Below, piece by piece: positions 1 to 7,758 of a stretch of DNA of 64,000 bases (position 1 is the first letter of the stretch; each line of letters begins with the position of its first letter). The DNA lies in the NCBI GenBank assembly GCA_044376115.1, contig JBILLK010000033.1, positions 1 to 64,000 of the forward strand, read 5' to 3'. The stretch comes from Polyangiaceae bacterium. Lineage in GTDB: Bacteria; Myxococcota_A; Polyangia; Polyangiales; Polyangiaceae. Below the pieces are notes generated by a model that searched no databases, was not told the origin of the DNA, and saw nothing but the letters and a program-made list of their open reading frames with translations. A program made the translations under genes and the position numbers.

Positions 1-96
1 TTGGCAAAGGCCAAGCACAGATGGAATCGGCCCGTCGCCTGGACGAAAGCGCTCGCGCATCTAGCCATCATGTTTCCCGACCGACTGCCCATCTAG
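1..96 (+). CDS. IS256-family transposase, C-terminal end (partial, starts before window)
   Basis: Frame 1 reads LAKAKHRWNRPVAWTKALAHLAIMFPDRLPI*, matching the W..P..W..AL..LAI.F.DRL tail typical of IS256 transposases; not in the ORF track. Confidence 0.85.
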   Translation: MAKAKHRWNRPVAWTKALAHLAIMFPDRLPI

Positions 97-125
97 GCAA
101 GTAACACGGAAATTCTGACACCCTC
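1..125 (+). mobile_element. IS256-family insertion sequence, right end with terminal inverted repeat at about 101-125
   Basis: gtaacacggaaattctgacaccctc follows the transposase stop; its reverse complement GAGGGTGTCAGAATTTCCGTGTTAC resembles IS256-type ends. Confidence 0.8.
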
Positions 126-1558
126 CAGGCGTGTGCAGAATTCGCGAGAACCACACGCTGGTTAACGCAACGGTCAACTACCCGAACGCTGGGGCCAATT
201 GCTCCACGTCAGCGGATTGCAACTCGACGTGCGGCGCCGCACTCGTCCCGCACGCGTGTGTGAGCGGGAAGTGTCGGGATGGACATGGCACCGCAACCAC
301 CAGCGTGCTCACGCGCTTCATTCCGGATGCCGCCGTTTGGTATCCCAATGGCGGAACCGCGCCCCAAGGGCCTGTTTGTGACCGCCAGATCACCACCACG
401 TATGACTATCTGCGAACCAGTTTGGTGAGGTACGTCAACGAGAGCTACACGTGCGACGACGACACCTCCACGACGATGTCTCCAACCGATGGTGTCGTGC
501 AAGATTACTTTTCTCGGGCATCCAACTTCTTCATCACCAAGGCTGCCGGAAATCGCGGCGAAGGGTCAGCCGCTTGCAAGTTTAGTTGGAATTCGCTTTG
601 CGTCGGCTCAATGGACGCCGAACAGGAATTGTCCTGCTTCAGCTCGACCGACAATCCATTTTTCGGCGGAGGCTCGGCATTCGCGATTGATCGCGAAGAG
701 CCGGATGTGATGGCCTACGGAGGCCAAGGAGGTCTTTCGTGTCCAGGTGTATCTGAATTGGACACGATGACCGTGGCAGCGCCGAGCTCCATCGCCGCAA
801 CAGTCGCCACCAATGGCACGAGTTACGCGGCTCCAGCCATGCTCGGCATGGCGGTGTTGCTCGATGAGTATTGTGACTCGCTCAATCTCAACTGGAACTC
901 GGTTGGCTATCGCTCGGTGTTGCGCACGGCGGGATACGTTTCCAACCCGGACGGCTGGAAGTACTCGACGCTCCAAGACGGTTCGACGCAAGCAGGCGAC
1001 CATGCGGATGGCGGTGGCGCCGTCTTTCTCGATTCGGCGATCAAGTTCTGCAACCCGCCACCCAGCACGACAGAAGAGTGGGGCGTGAGGCAGACCTTTG
1101 TCTATCCAGACAAGGACGGCTCCACCACCAACGTACCCAACACCACGCCCGCTTACCCGGATGCGCCGCCCCAGTCTGCTCCGCAGAACCAGGGCCTCCA
1201 GCCATCGGGTTCGCTCACTGGGTATCGCTGGAAGGACCTGTGGGACGGCTTGCCCAGCACCTACGCCGCGGGGACCCGCATTCGAGCAACCTTCTCCTGG
1301 GAGGCCTGCGTCCTCTCCAACGACACAGCGGCATCTCGCACCGTCCCCACCGACTTTGATCTGTTTCTCTACAACCGTACCCGTGGTGAAGGTCTCTACG
1401 CCTCGCAAACCGACGACGACGTAAACGAGGGCTTCGACGTGGTTGTGCCAGCGAACTGGGCTGGCGACTACGATCTGATCTTGATCTGGCCCGATGGCAG
1501 CACCGGCTGCAACGGCGTCGAGCGCACGGCCCTCTCCTGGTACGTGAAGAAGCCATGA
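126..1558 (+). pseudogene. S8 (subtilisin-like) serine peptidase, 5'-truncated by the IS256 insertion
   Basis: HGT (catalytic His), AAGN (oxyanion Asn) and NGTSYAAP (catalytic Ser) are present with a C-terminal PPC-like DFDLFLY domain. Signal peptide, propeptide and catalytic Asp region are missing; the in-frame stop at 116-118 lies inside the IS end. Confidence 0.75.
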
Positions 1559-1851
1559 GCGCGCTCCGACTCACGTTTGCGCTGAGCCTGCTCGCCAGCT
1601 GCTCCGAGGTCGAGGTGGATTGTCGCAGCCTCTCAAAGGAGGGCTGCTGGGATCAGACCGAAGAGTGCCGGTGGGCTGGTTCGGCGTGGGGCTGTCTCCA
1701 TGTTTGTGCGGGACAAGCCGATTGCGAAGCAGGACATGTGTGCCAGTTGACTGGCTTTGAGCCGGAGAAAGATTTCCTCGAAGAAGGCAACGCTCTGGCT
1801 GAGCTCTGTCGAGACGAGGCGTGGGTGGAGGAGTCCTCCTCCTCCCAGTGA
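1555..1851 (+). CDS. small Cys-rich lipoprotein
   Basis: Lipobox LLASC, multiple Cys, ATGA overlap with the peptidase stop. Confidence 0.75.
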   Translation: MSALRLTFALSLLASCSEVEVDCRSLSKEGCWDQTEECRWAGSAWGCLHVCAGQADCEAGHVCQLTGFEPEKDFLEEGNALAELCRDEAWVEESSSSQ

Positions 1852-1970
1852 CGGCGGTGGTGAAGCGCAGCGGGCACAAGGTCGCTGCGCGTTGTCGCGA
1901 TCAGAACCCATCGACTGCTACTCGCTCAAGCGCGACGAGTGCAGCGACGACTCTCCGTGCTTACGAAGGA

Positions 1971-2017
1971 CGTCCCATAACCCTTGGTCGCCCGGAACGA
2001 CGAGGGGATATGGGACG
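1971..2017. repeat. palindromic REP-like element, copy 1
   Basis: cgtcccata-acccttggtcgcccggaacgacgagggga-tatgggacg: terminal arms are complementary; near-identical copy at 2129-2174. Confidence 0.85.
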
Positions 2018-2128
2018 CTAGGGCCGCCGCGAGGGTGGCGCGTTCTGAACACGGCCCGCGGATGTAGGGCTCTTTGCGGGTTTTCGTGCTGTGTCGGCGG
2101 GCGCAGCGGGCGGGAGACCGCGGTCCGT

Positions 2129-2174
2129 GTCCCATAACCCTTGGTCGCCCGGAACGACGCTGGGATATGGGACG
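2129..2174. repeat. palindromic REP-like element, copy 2
   Basis: gtcccataacccttggtcgcccggaacgacgctgggatatgggacg, 2 mismatches versus copy 1. Confidence 0.85.
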
Positions 2175-2290
2175 CTTGGGCGCCGCGAGAAGCAAAAGCG
2201 GCGGTGGTGCCGGGAGGCGGCGGTGCCGGCCGGCTGGGGTGCCGGGGCGGCCAAGAGAGCGGCGGCGCGGAGGTCGCTGGGCAGTCCAAG

Positions 2291-2389
2291 GGATGGGCAG
2301 CCCAATTGGACGTTTTGTTGAGTTCGAGGCCCCATCGGGTGGGGATCGGCGCGTCAATTCAACAAAACGTCCAATTGGAGGTCCCATCC
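2291..2389. repeat. long inverted repeat / hairpin (MITE-like or bidirectional terminator)
   Basis: ccaattggacgttttgttgagtt (2302-2324) pairs 22/23 with aattcaacaaaacgtccaattgg (2356-2378); outer ggatggg/cccatcc extends the stem. Confidence 0.85.
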
Positions 2390-2415
2390 TCGGCGCCGGA
2401 CGCGCGCCGCTCGAG

Positions 2416-3384
2416 CTACAGGCCGCTGAGGCTTACGCGGCAGAGTTCGGCGGGGACGTTTGCGTCGTCGGCGTCGAGGGCGATCAGGAGCTCGAGCTCG
2501 GTGGTGCCGGCTACGGGCGTATCAACGCGGGCGAGCACGATGCCCTCGGCTTTGACGCGCGCGGGCTCGCCGCGTTCGTCGAGTAGGCGGGCGCTGTGAA
2601 CGGCGTTGCCGTCGAGGACGCCGACGAGGGTGCCGAGGATTTCGCCGTCGTCGACGGGGTTGGAGGTGTCTTCGGCGACCGCGAGGAAAAGGCGCTTTTT
2701 GCCCCAGGTCGTGACGTCGCTCAGGCCGAAGGGAACGCCGTTGATGGCGCCCAAGTCGAGCCGCTCGACGGCGCTCGGGGCGAGGCTCGCTTGTTGGCCG
2801 GAGAACAGGCGGAGCACAGGCTCGAGTTCGAAGGCGACGGCGGCGGGCTGTGGGCCACGTTGATAGAGCCAGAGCGTCGAGCCGAAGACGCTCACTCCCT
2901 CGAGGTTGGTCTCTTCGGCGGTGAGGTTGAGGGCGTTGCGAAAGGCGTCGAACAAGGTTGGAACCGGCACCGGAGCGGCGGGCTCGCGCGATTGGGGGGC
3001 GAGCAGCAAGGCGAGCTCGCGCCGCGGGAGCGAGCCGGAGCCGAGGACGAGCAAGCGTTCGCCCGCGGCGGTTGGTACCACGGTGCAGGCCTCGAAGTCG
3101 CTCTTGTGCAGCCGGTTGCCGAGCTCGTGCTCGAAGCGACGTCGGCCTTCGGCGCCCGGCGCGAGCATCCAACTTTCGAGCGTGCCGCTCGCGAGCGCGC
3201 CGCTCGGATCGGGCGTCCAAACGCCGAGGAAGTGGTTGTCGTCTTGGGCGATGAACAGCTGGTTCTGCCACCAACAGAGCCCGGAGGCGGCGCGAACGAA
3301 GGCCGGCCGGTCATCGCTGGGTGCGGCCTGATCGCGATAAATCAGCGCTGTTCGTTCGACAATCTGGGCGCGTAACGAGTTCAC
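2416..3384 (-). CDS. DUF6910/DUF6929-like protein (probable beta-propeller, acidic metal-binding motifs)
   Basis: Motifs ASGL, QDD, KSDFEA, GSGS, NLEG, AEDT...DDG, KAEG, DADD. Confidence 0.7.
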   Translation of the reverse strand: MNSLRAQIVERTALIYRDQAAPSDDRPAFVRAASGLCWWQNQLFIAQDDNHFLGVWTPDPSGALASGTLESWMLAPGAEGRRRFEHELGNRLHKSDFEACTVVPTAAGERLLVLGSGSLPRRELALLLAPQSREPAAPVPVPTLFDAFRNALNLTAEETNLEGVSVFGSTLWLYQRGPQPAAVAFELEPVLRLFSGQQASLAPSAVERLDLGAINGVPFGLSDVTTWGKKRLFLAVAEDTSNPVDDGEILGTLVGVLDGNAVHSARLLDERGEPARVKAEGIVLARVDTPVAGTTELELLIALDADDANVPAELCRVSLSGL

Positions 3385-3397
3385 CCGCAGGGGCTTA

Positions 3398-4648
3398 TCA
3401 CGAGGTCAACCTGGAGGCTGGGGTCGCATGCACGGCTGGCTCGGGCGCGCCCCACGCCTCCTCGACAAGTTCGAAGCGCGCACAGTCGAAGGACTCGCCC
3501 GGGGCCCGCTCGAGTTGGACCAAGCGCTCACGTTTGCCCTCATCTTTGAGCGAGAGAACGCGATGGTGGCAGTACGGGTTGTTGCCAGGCCGACCCAAGC
3601 TCGCCTCCGCCGTCCAGGTGCAGCCACCGCCACACTCTTTGGCGTAGTAGCAACGTGCGCAATAGCCCCAGAGTTGCGGCTCATCGCGCAGCCGCTGCAG
3701 CACGGGCGCCTGCTCCCAGATGCTTTGCAGCGAGGCCTGTTGCACCGAACCCGCCGCCGCGGTGCGGGTGGGTAGCGAAGGGCAGCCTTTGATCGTGCCG
3801 TCCGATTCAATCCCGAGCACCAGCCGGCCGGCGGGGCAACCCGCGCTGTGATCGTGCGCTGAACCGAAATGGAACTGCTCTTCGAGCGGACCGAAGTAGC
3901 CGACGTTGTTGCCGCGCGAGACGCGGATGCCCTTCTCCTGACCGCGATGAACGATGGCGGCCAGCCGCGGAAAGAGCGCGTCGAGGTCGTACGGTTGCAA
4001 CAGCGTCTCGGGATGATCCGCCGCACGGCCCATGGCCACTGTGAGCGCGATCTGCCAGGCGTAGGCGCCGTTCTCTACCAGCAGGTCGAACAGCGGCTCG
4101 AGCTCTTGCTGGTTGCGCCGGTTGATCTGCGTATTGATGGCCACCGGCAAGCCGGCGTCACGCACCGCCCATAGCGCGGCGAGCCCCCGTTCGAAGGAAG
4201 CGTGGCCGCGCAGCCCGTTGTGCGTGTCGCCGAGGCCATCGAGGCTGACCGAAACGGCCTGCACTCCTGCCTCGCGCGCAGCCTCGGCCAGCGTTCGGGT
4301 GAAGCCGCGCCCGCCGGTGGTCACCGTCACAGCGAGCCCGCGCGCGCGCAGCGCCGCCACGATTTGTAGCCAATCACGGCGCAGATAAACCTCCCCGCCG
4401 ATCAAGGTGATGCTCTTCACGCCGAGGTCGGCCAGCTGCTCGACCAGCGCCAATGCGGCTTTGGTGGAGAGCTCGTTGTCGCGCGCTTTGCCCGCTCGCG
4501 AGCCGCAGTGTTTGCAGCTGAGGTCGCACGCCAGCGTCAGCTCCCACACCGCGTAGATTGGCCGTTGTTCCCGATCGATGGGACGAGCCAATTCGCTCAA
4601 CTCCGACCCTCCGGGAGCCAACTGCGGAAGGCGGTAAACAGGCTTCAT
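3398..4648 (-). CDS. radical SAM/SPASM peptide-protein maturase, PlpX-like splicease clade (TIGR04103/TIGR03913-like)
   Basis: AVWELTLACDLSCKHCGSRAG (CxxxCxxC), GNNVGYFGP, GCPAG..LGIESDGTIKGCPSLP, LWGYCARC...CGGGCTWT...GNNPYCHHR. Confidence 0.9.
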   Translation of the reverse strand: MKPVYRLPQLAPGGSELSELARPIDREQRPIYAVWELTLACDLSCKHCGSRAGKARDNELSTKAALALVEQLADLGVKSITLIGGEVYLRRDWLQIVAALRARGLAVTVTTGGRGFTRTLAEAAREAGVQAVSVSLDGLGDTHNGLRGHASFERGLAALWAVRDAGLPVAINTQINRRNQQELEPLFDLLVENGAYAWQIALTVAMGRAADHPETLLQPYDLDALFPRLAAIVHRGQEKGIRVSRGNNVGYFGPLEEQFHFGSAHDHSAGCPAGRLVLGIESDGTIKGCPSLPTRTAAAGSVQQASLQSIWEQAPVLQRLRDEPQLWGYCARCYYAKECGGGCTWTAEASLGRPGNNPYCHHRVLSLKDEGKRERLVQLERAPGESFDCARFELVEEAWGAPEPAVHATPASRLTS

Positions 4649-4658
4649 TGGCGGGCTT

Positions 4659-5384
4659 TCACGGTGCGATGGGGCTACCGTCGGCGTTGCTGACTTGGAA
4701 CGTAGTAGCGCGTAGGCGTTCGAGCGCCTCTTTGGAGAGGTCTTTGAGTTGGGCCTTGTCGATCGGCTCGCTGATCGCGGTCAAACGTTTGCTATCGATG
4801 CCACGCTTCACGAGGCGGTCGCAGACCACCTTGGCGCGCGCCTTCGCCAGCGCCTCGTGTTTCGGCTCGGTCGGAAGCGCGTGCCCAACGCAGCGGAGAT
4901 AGGTCTGCGGAATGTCGATCAGGATCGCGCCGACGGCGTCGATGACCCCCTCATATTGCGCACGAATCGCGGTCGATCCGGTCTCGAAGTAGATGCGATC
5001 GAGGATCAGGATCTCGCTGGCGCCGTAGATCGGCACCACGCGGCGAGGGACGTCGGTTGGGGCGGCGGAGGCCGAGGTGGTGGCGGTGGGGCTTGCGCTG
5101 GGCCCGGCGCTGACGCTGGTGGTTGGCGTTGCCGCGCCGTTCGAGCTGGCGACGGCGGTGGAGTCGGATGCTGTTCCAGCCGGCGTCTGCGCGTGTTCGG
5201 CGTCGGCGCCGCAGGCGCTACCAACGGCTCCGCCGAGCGTGATCTTGAGAGCGAGCCGCGCCGCGCGTGAGAGTTCGCGAGGGATGGGCATAGCCGCTGC
5301 ACGAACCGTGAGAGCCCCGCCACAAAAGGGGCAGCAAGGCTCGCTATTGCGGACGTGGCGACGACAGCGGCTGCAGGGAACCAA
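4659..5384 (-). CDS. Zn-ribbon-leader lipoprotein with PIYG motif and C-terminal OmpA-like domain; probable rSAM substrate
   Basis: N-terminal CSRCRRHV...CPFC, LSRAA + hydrophobic stretch + GSAC lipobox, S/T/A/P linker, VVPIYGA, then IYFETGS...VGHA...LAKARAKVV..RLVKRGIDSKRL (OmpA-C pattern). Confidence 0.85.
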   Translation of the reverse strand: MVPCSRCRRHVRNSEPCCPFCGGALTVRAAAMPIPRELSRAARLALKITLGGAVGSACGADAEHAQTPAGTASDSTAVASSNGAATPTTSVSAGPSASPTATTSASAAPTDVPRRVVPIYGASEILILDRIYFETGSTAIRAQYEGVIDAVGAILIDIPQTYLRCVGHALPTEPKHEALAKARAKVVCDRLVKRGIDSKRLTAISEPIDKAQLKDLSKEALERLRATTFQVSNADGSPIAP

Positions 5385-5420
5385 GCGGGAAGCCTACGCT
5401 ACTTGGACCTCAACACGAAC

Positions 5421-6278
5421 TCAGCCTGCTTTCACCGGCGCTAACGAGGTTGCGGTGAACTCGACCTCGTTCACCATGCCGCCGGCCCAGCCGTAGTCAC
5501 CGGAGACGAAGCCCGTCTTCGGCGAGAGGCAAACCTTGACCCAGCCTTCATCGCCGGCTGCTTGGCTGGTGCTGTGGCAGAAACCATCGCCTTTCGCTTC
5601 GATCGTCACGACGGTGACGAAGCCTTCCATCTCCGGGTCTTTGTCTTCGGTGTGGGCGGGCTTCGGGTTGGGCTCGAACACGAGCGACGAGGGCATCAAG
5701 TCGAACCTTGTCCCCCCGGGTAGCCCCGACAGGTGGAAGAGGCCCTTGCTCGTGAGCAGCCAATTTCCCTTGAGTAGGCTGGGCGTACTGGCCTCGGGAA
5801 GGTCGTTGCAGGTGACCTCGGACAACATGCCCCAGCGGAAGGAATCGACGCTGTCCACCTTGCATTGAGCTTTGAACTTGGTGCTGCGACTTACCGGCAC
5901 GCCGTTCTCGTCCCCAGCGATCTTTTGCACGCCTTGCACCTTCCAGCTTCGACCCTTCTGGAACAGCGGCGCAAACAGCGGCTGCGGCTTTTCCGGCGGA
6001 GCGCCTTTGTCGGTGAGGTCGACCGTGATCAGCGGTGACGGTTCTGCAGGCTTCGCGGGAGGCGGCACGCTGGCGCTGGCTGCAGGCCCACCGCTGGCTG
6101 CAGGTCCAACGCTGGCCGAAGTCGCAGCGCTCGGAACCGCCGCGGAGGTCTCCGCCTGGGCGCTCGCCGACGGCGGCGTGGTCACCGGCTCAACGTTCGC
6201 CGCCGGTGGGCTCGACGGTCCACAGCCGAACGAGGCGAACATTAGTGAAAGACCTGCGAGCGTGAGATTGCGCGGCAT
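5421..6278 (-). CDS. hypothetical lipoprotein with P/A/S-rich linker
   Basis: Lipobox SFGC, low-complexity linker, beta-rich C-terminal domain. Confidence 0.75.
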   Translation of the reverse strand: MPRNLTLAGLSLMFASFGCGPSSPPAANVEPVTTPPSASAQAETSAAVPSAATSASVGPAASGGPAASASVPPPAKPAEPSPLITVDLTDKGAPPEKPQPLFAPLFQKGRSWKVQGVQKIAGDENGVPVSRSTKFKAQCKVDSVDSFRWGMLSEVTCNDLPEASTPSLLKGNWLLTSKGLFHLSGLPGGTRFDLMPSSLVFEPNPKPAHTEDKDPEMEGFVTVVTIEAKGDGFCHSTSQAAGDEGWVKVCLSPKTGFVSGDYGWAGGMVNEVEFTATSLAPVKAG

Positions 6279-6381
6279 AGGAGGATCGCAACGCCCTACG
6301 TCACGCCCGCATTCCAGTCAAACGTTCCCATCGGAGGACGCTGAGACCAGTGCGCCACCGCAATCAGGCTAGGCTGCGCAC

Positions 6382-6666
6382 GTGAGCTTCGTACAACTGC
6401 GGAACTTCGTCACGGTAGCGGAAGAGGGCTGTGTTTCGCGTGCGGCCAAACGGCTGGCGATCTCGCAGCCTCCGCTCACTCGTCAGCTGCGCGCTCTGGA
6501 GGAGGAGCTGCAGACTCCGCTGTTCAAGCGCAACGCTCGCGGTGTCGAGCTGCTGCCCGCTGGGCATCGTTTGCTCGCGCATGCCAAGGAGATCCTCGAG
6601 GCGGTGGCCCGGGCCGAGGCGGCGATGATGGGCGTGCGCGGCGACCTGAAGCTGCTGAACGTGTAG
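6382..6666 (+). CDS. LysR-type HTH-only regulator (94 aa)
   Basis: QLRNFVTVAEEG.VSRAAKRLAISQPPLTRQLRALEEEL..LFKR..RGVEL; no effector domain. Confidence 0.85.
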   Translation: MSFVQLRNFVTVAEEGCVSRAAKRLAISQPPLTRQLRALEEELQTPLFKRNARGVELLPAGHRLLAHAKEILEAVARAEAAMMGVRGDLKLLNV

Positions 6667-6698
6667 ACTCCAAAGTGCGACTCGTATGTAGGGAACCA

Positions 6699-7730
6699 AT
6701 GAAGATTCGAGAATTTATGCAGAGCCCTTTAGCCGAGACACAAAACAAATCCAGAGAGGCCCGTGAGCGAGGCGAGCCATCGGCGCGATTTCGGCGCGAC
6801 GCAGGCCATTGGTGGGGTGAGCTAAGTTCACAAGGTTTGAGGGCGGCCATGATCACGCTCGCCACGGCCGCGTGCGGGGGGCCGCTTGAAGAAGGCTCCG
6901 GGGGCGCCGGATCGAGCCCGGTCGCGGGGGGCGGTACGAACTCGACCTCGTCGAACTCGACCTCGTCGAACTCGACCTCGTCGAACTCGACCTCGTCGAA
7001 CTCGACCTCGTCGAACTCGACCTCGTCGAACTCGACCTCGTCGAACTCGAGTTCGTCCTCGTCGGGTAACGGCACGGGACTCGCCGCCCTCTCCGACGAG
7101 TTCGACGGTGACGGGGTGGACGATGCGTGGACGATCGTAAACGGTGACCGCTTCGAGCACATGTTGGGCGGCGGAGAGCTGCACCTTCGGCCAACGACGA
7201 ACACCCTGTGGTTTGATGCGGAGGCGACGGGGGCGCTCCTCTACAAGACAGTGACAGGCAACTTCAAGCTCACCACGGCGGTGAAGGCGAGGCGAGCCTC
7301 GAACCCGTCGCAGCCGGTCGGTCCGACGGACTACCAGTTTGGCGGAATCATGGCGCGTGCTCCGAACGCTGCGCAGGAGAACTACGTGTTCGTCGTCGTC
7401 GGGGATCGCGGACCCACGATCCAGACGGAGACGAAATCGACGACGAACGGCGCGAGCTCGGTCAAGGGTGACGACTGGCCTTCAGGGGACGCTCAGCTGC
7501 GGCTCTGTCGCGTTGGGTCGATGTTCCATATGTATGCTCGGCCGTACGATGGAGGGACCTGGGCGATCGCGACGCAGTGGGGACCCCCTTACGATCGGGC
7601 GGACCTCCCCGAGACGATGCAGGTGGGCACCATCGCATACGCGTGGACCAACACGCCGGACCTCCGAGCCTCGTTCGACTACGTAAGGTTCGAGCCAGCC
7701 GATTCCGAGGCGGACTGTACGACGGACTGA
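6699..7730 (+). CDS. lipoprotein with NSTSS repeats and ConA/DUF1349-like beta-sandwich domain (start uncertain, 6699-6849)
   Basis: Lipobox TAAC; LSDEFDG...LLYKTVTGNF...GGIMAR...LRLCRVG...LPETMQVG...FDYVRF. Confidence 0.7.
   Translation: MKIREFMQSPLAETQNKSREARERGEPSARFRRDAGHWWGELSSQGLRAAMITLATAACGGPLEEGSGGAGSSPVAGGGTNSTSSNSTSSNSTSSNSTSSNSTSSNSTSSNSTSSNSSSSSSGNGTGLAALSDEFDGDGVDDAWTIVNGDRFEHMLGGGELHLRPTTNTLWFDAEATGALLYKTVTGNFKLTTAVKARRASNPSQPVGPTDYQFGGIMARAPNAAQENYVFVVVGDRGPTIQTETKSTTNGASSVKGDDWPSGDAQLRLCRVGSMFHMYARPYDGGTWAIATQWGPPYDRADLPETMQVGTIAYAWTNTPDLRASFDYVRFEPADSEADCTTD
6936..7055 (+). repeat. 15-bp tandem repeat (tcgaactcgacctcg), about 8 units
   Basis: Six perfect and two imperfect units, encoding (SNSTS)n in frame. 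Confidence 0.95.
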
Positions 7731-7758
7731 TCTCTCGGCCCTTACACCGTGGCGGCCC

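Noticed and set aside
1971..2174. Two hairpin repeats as a mini CRISPR array or integron attC sites
   Set aside because: Only two units, a 110-bp spacer, no cas or integrase gene and no RYYYAAC/GTTRRRY ends.
3398..4648. rSAM as PqqE or a heme-biosynthesis NirJ/Ahb enzyme
   Set aside because: No pqq or ahb neighbours; GNN.GYFGP and GNNPYCHHR motifs plus an adjacent YG-bearing protein fit the splicease clade better.
126..5384. Functional link between the S8 protease and the putative ketoamide lipoprotein
   Set aside because: Opposite strands, separated by repeat elements, and the protease block looks compositionally different; proximity alone is insufficient.
6936..7055. 15-bp repeat as CRISPR, or the antisense (DEVEF)n and (RRGRV)n ORFs as genes
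   Set aside because: No spacers; the repeat is in frame in a lipoprotein and the other ORFs are shadows of it.
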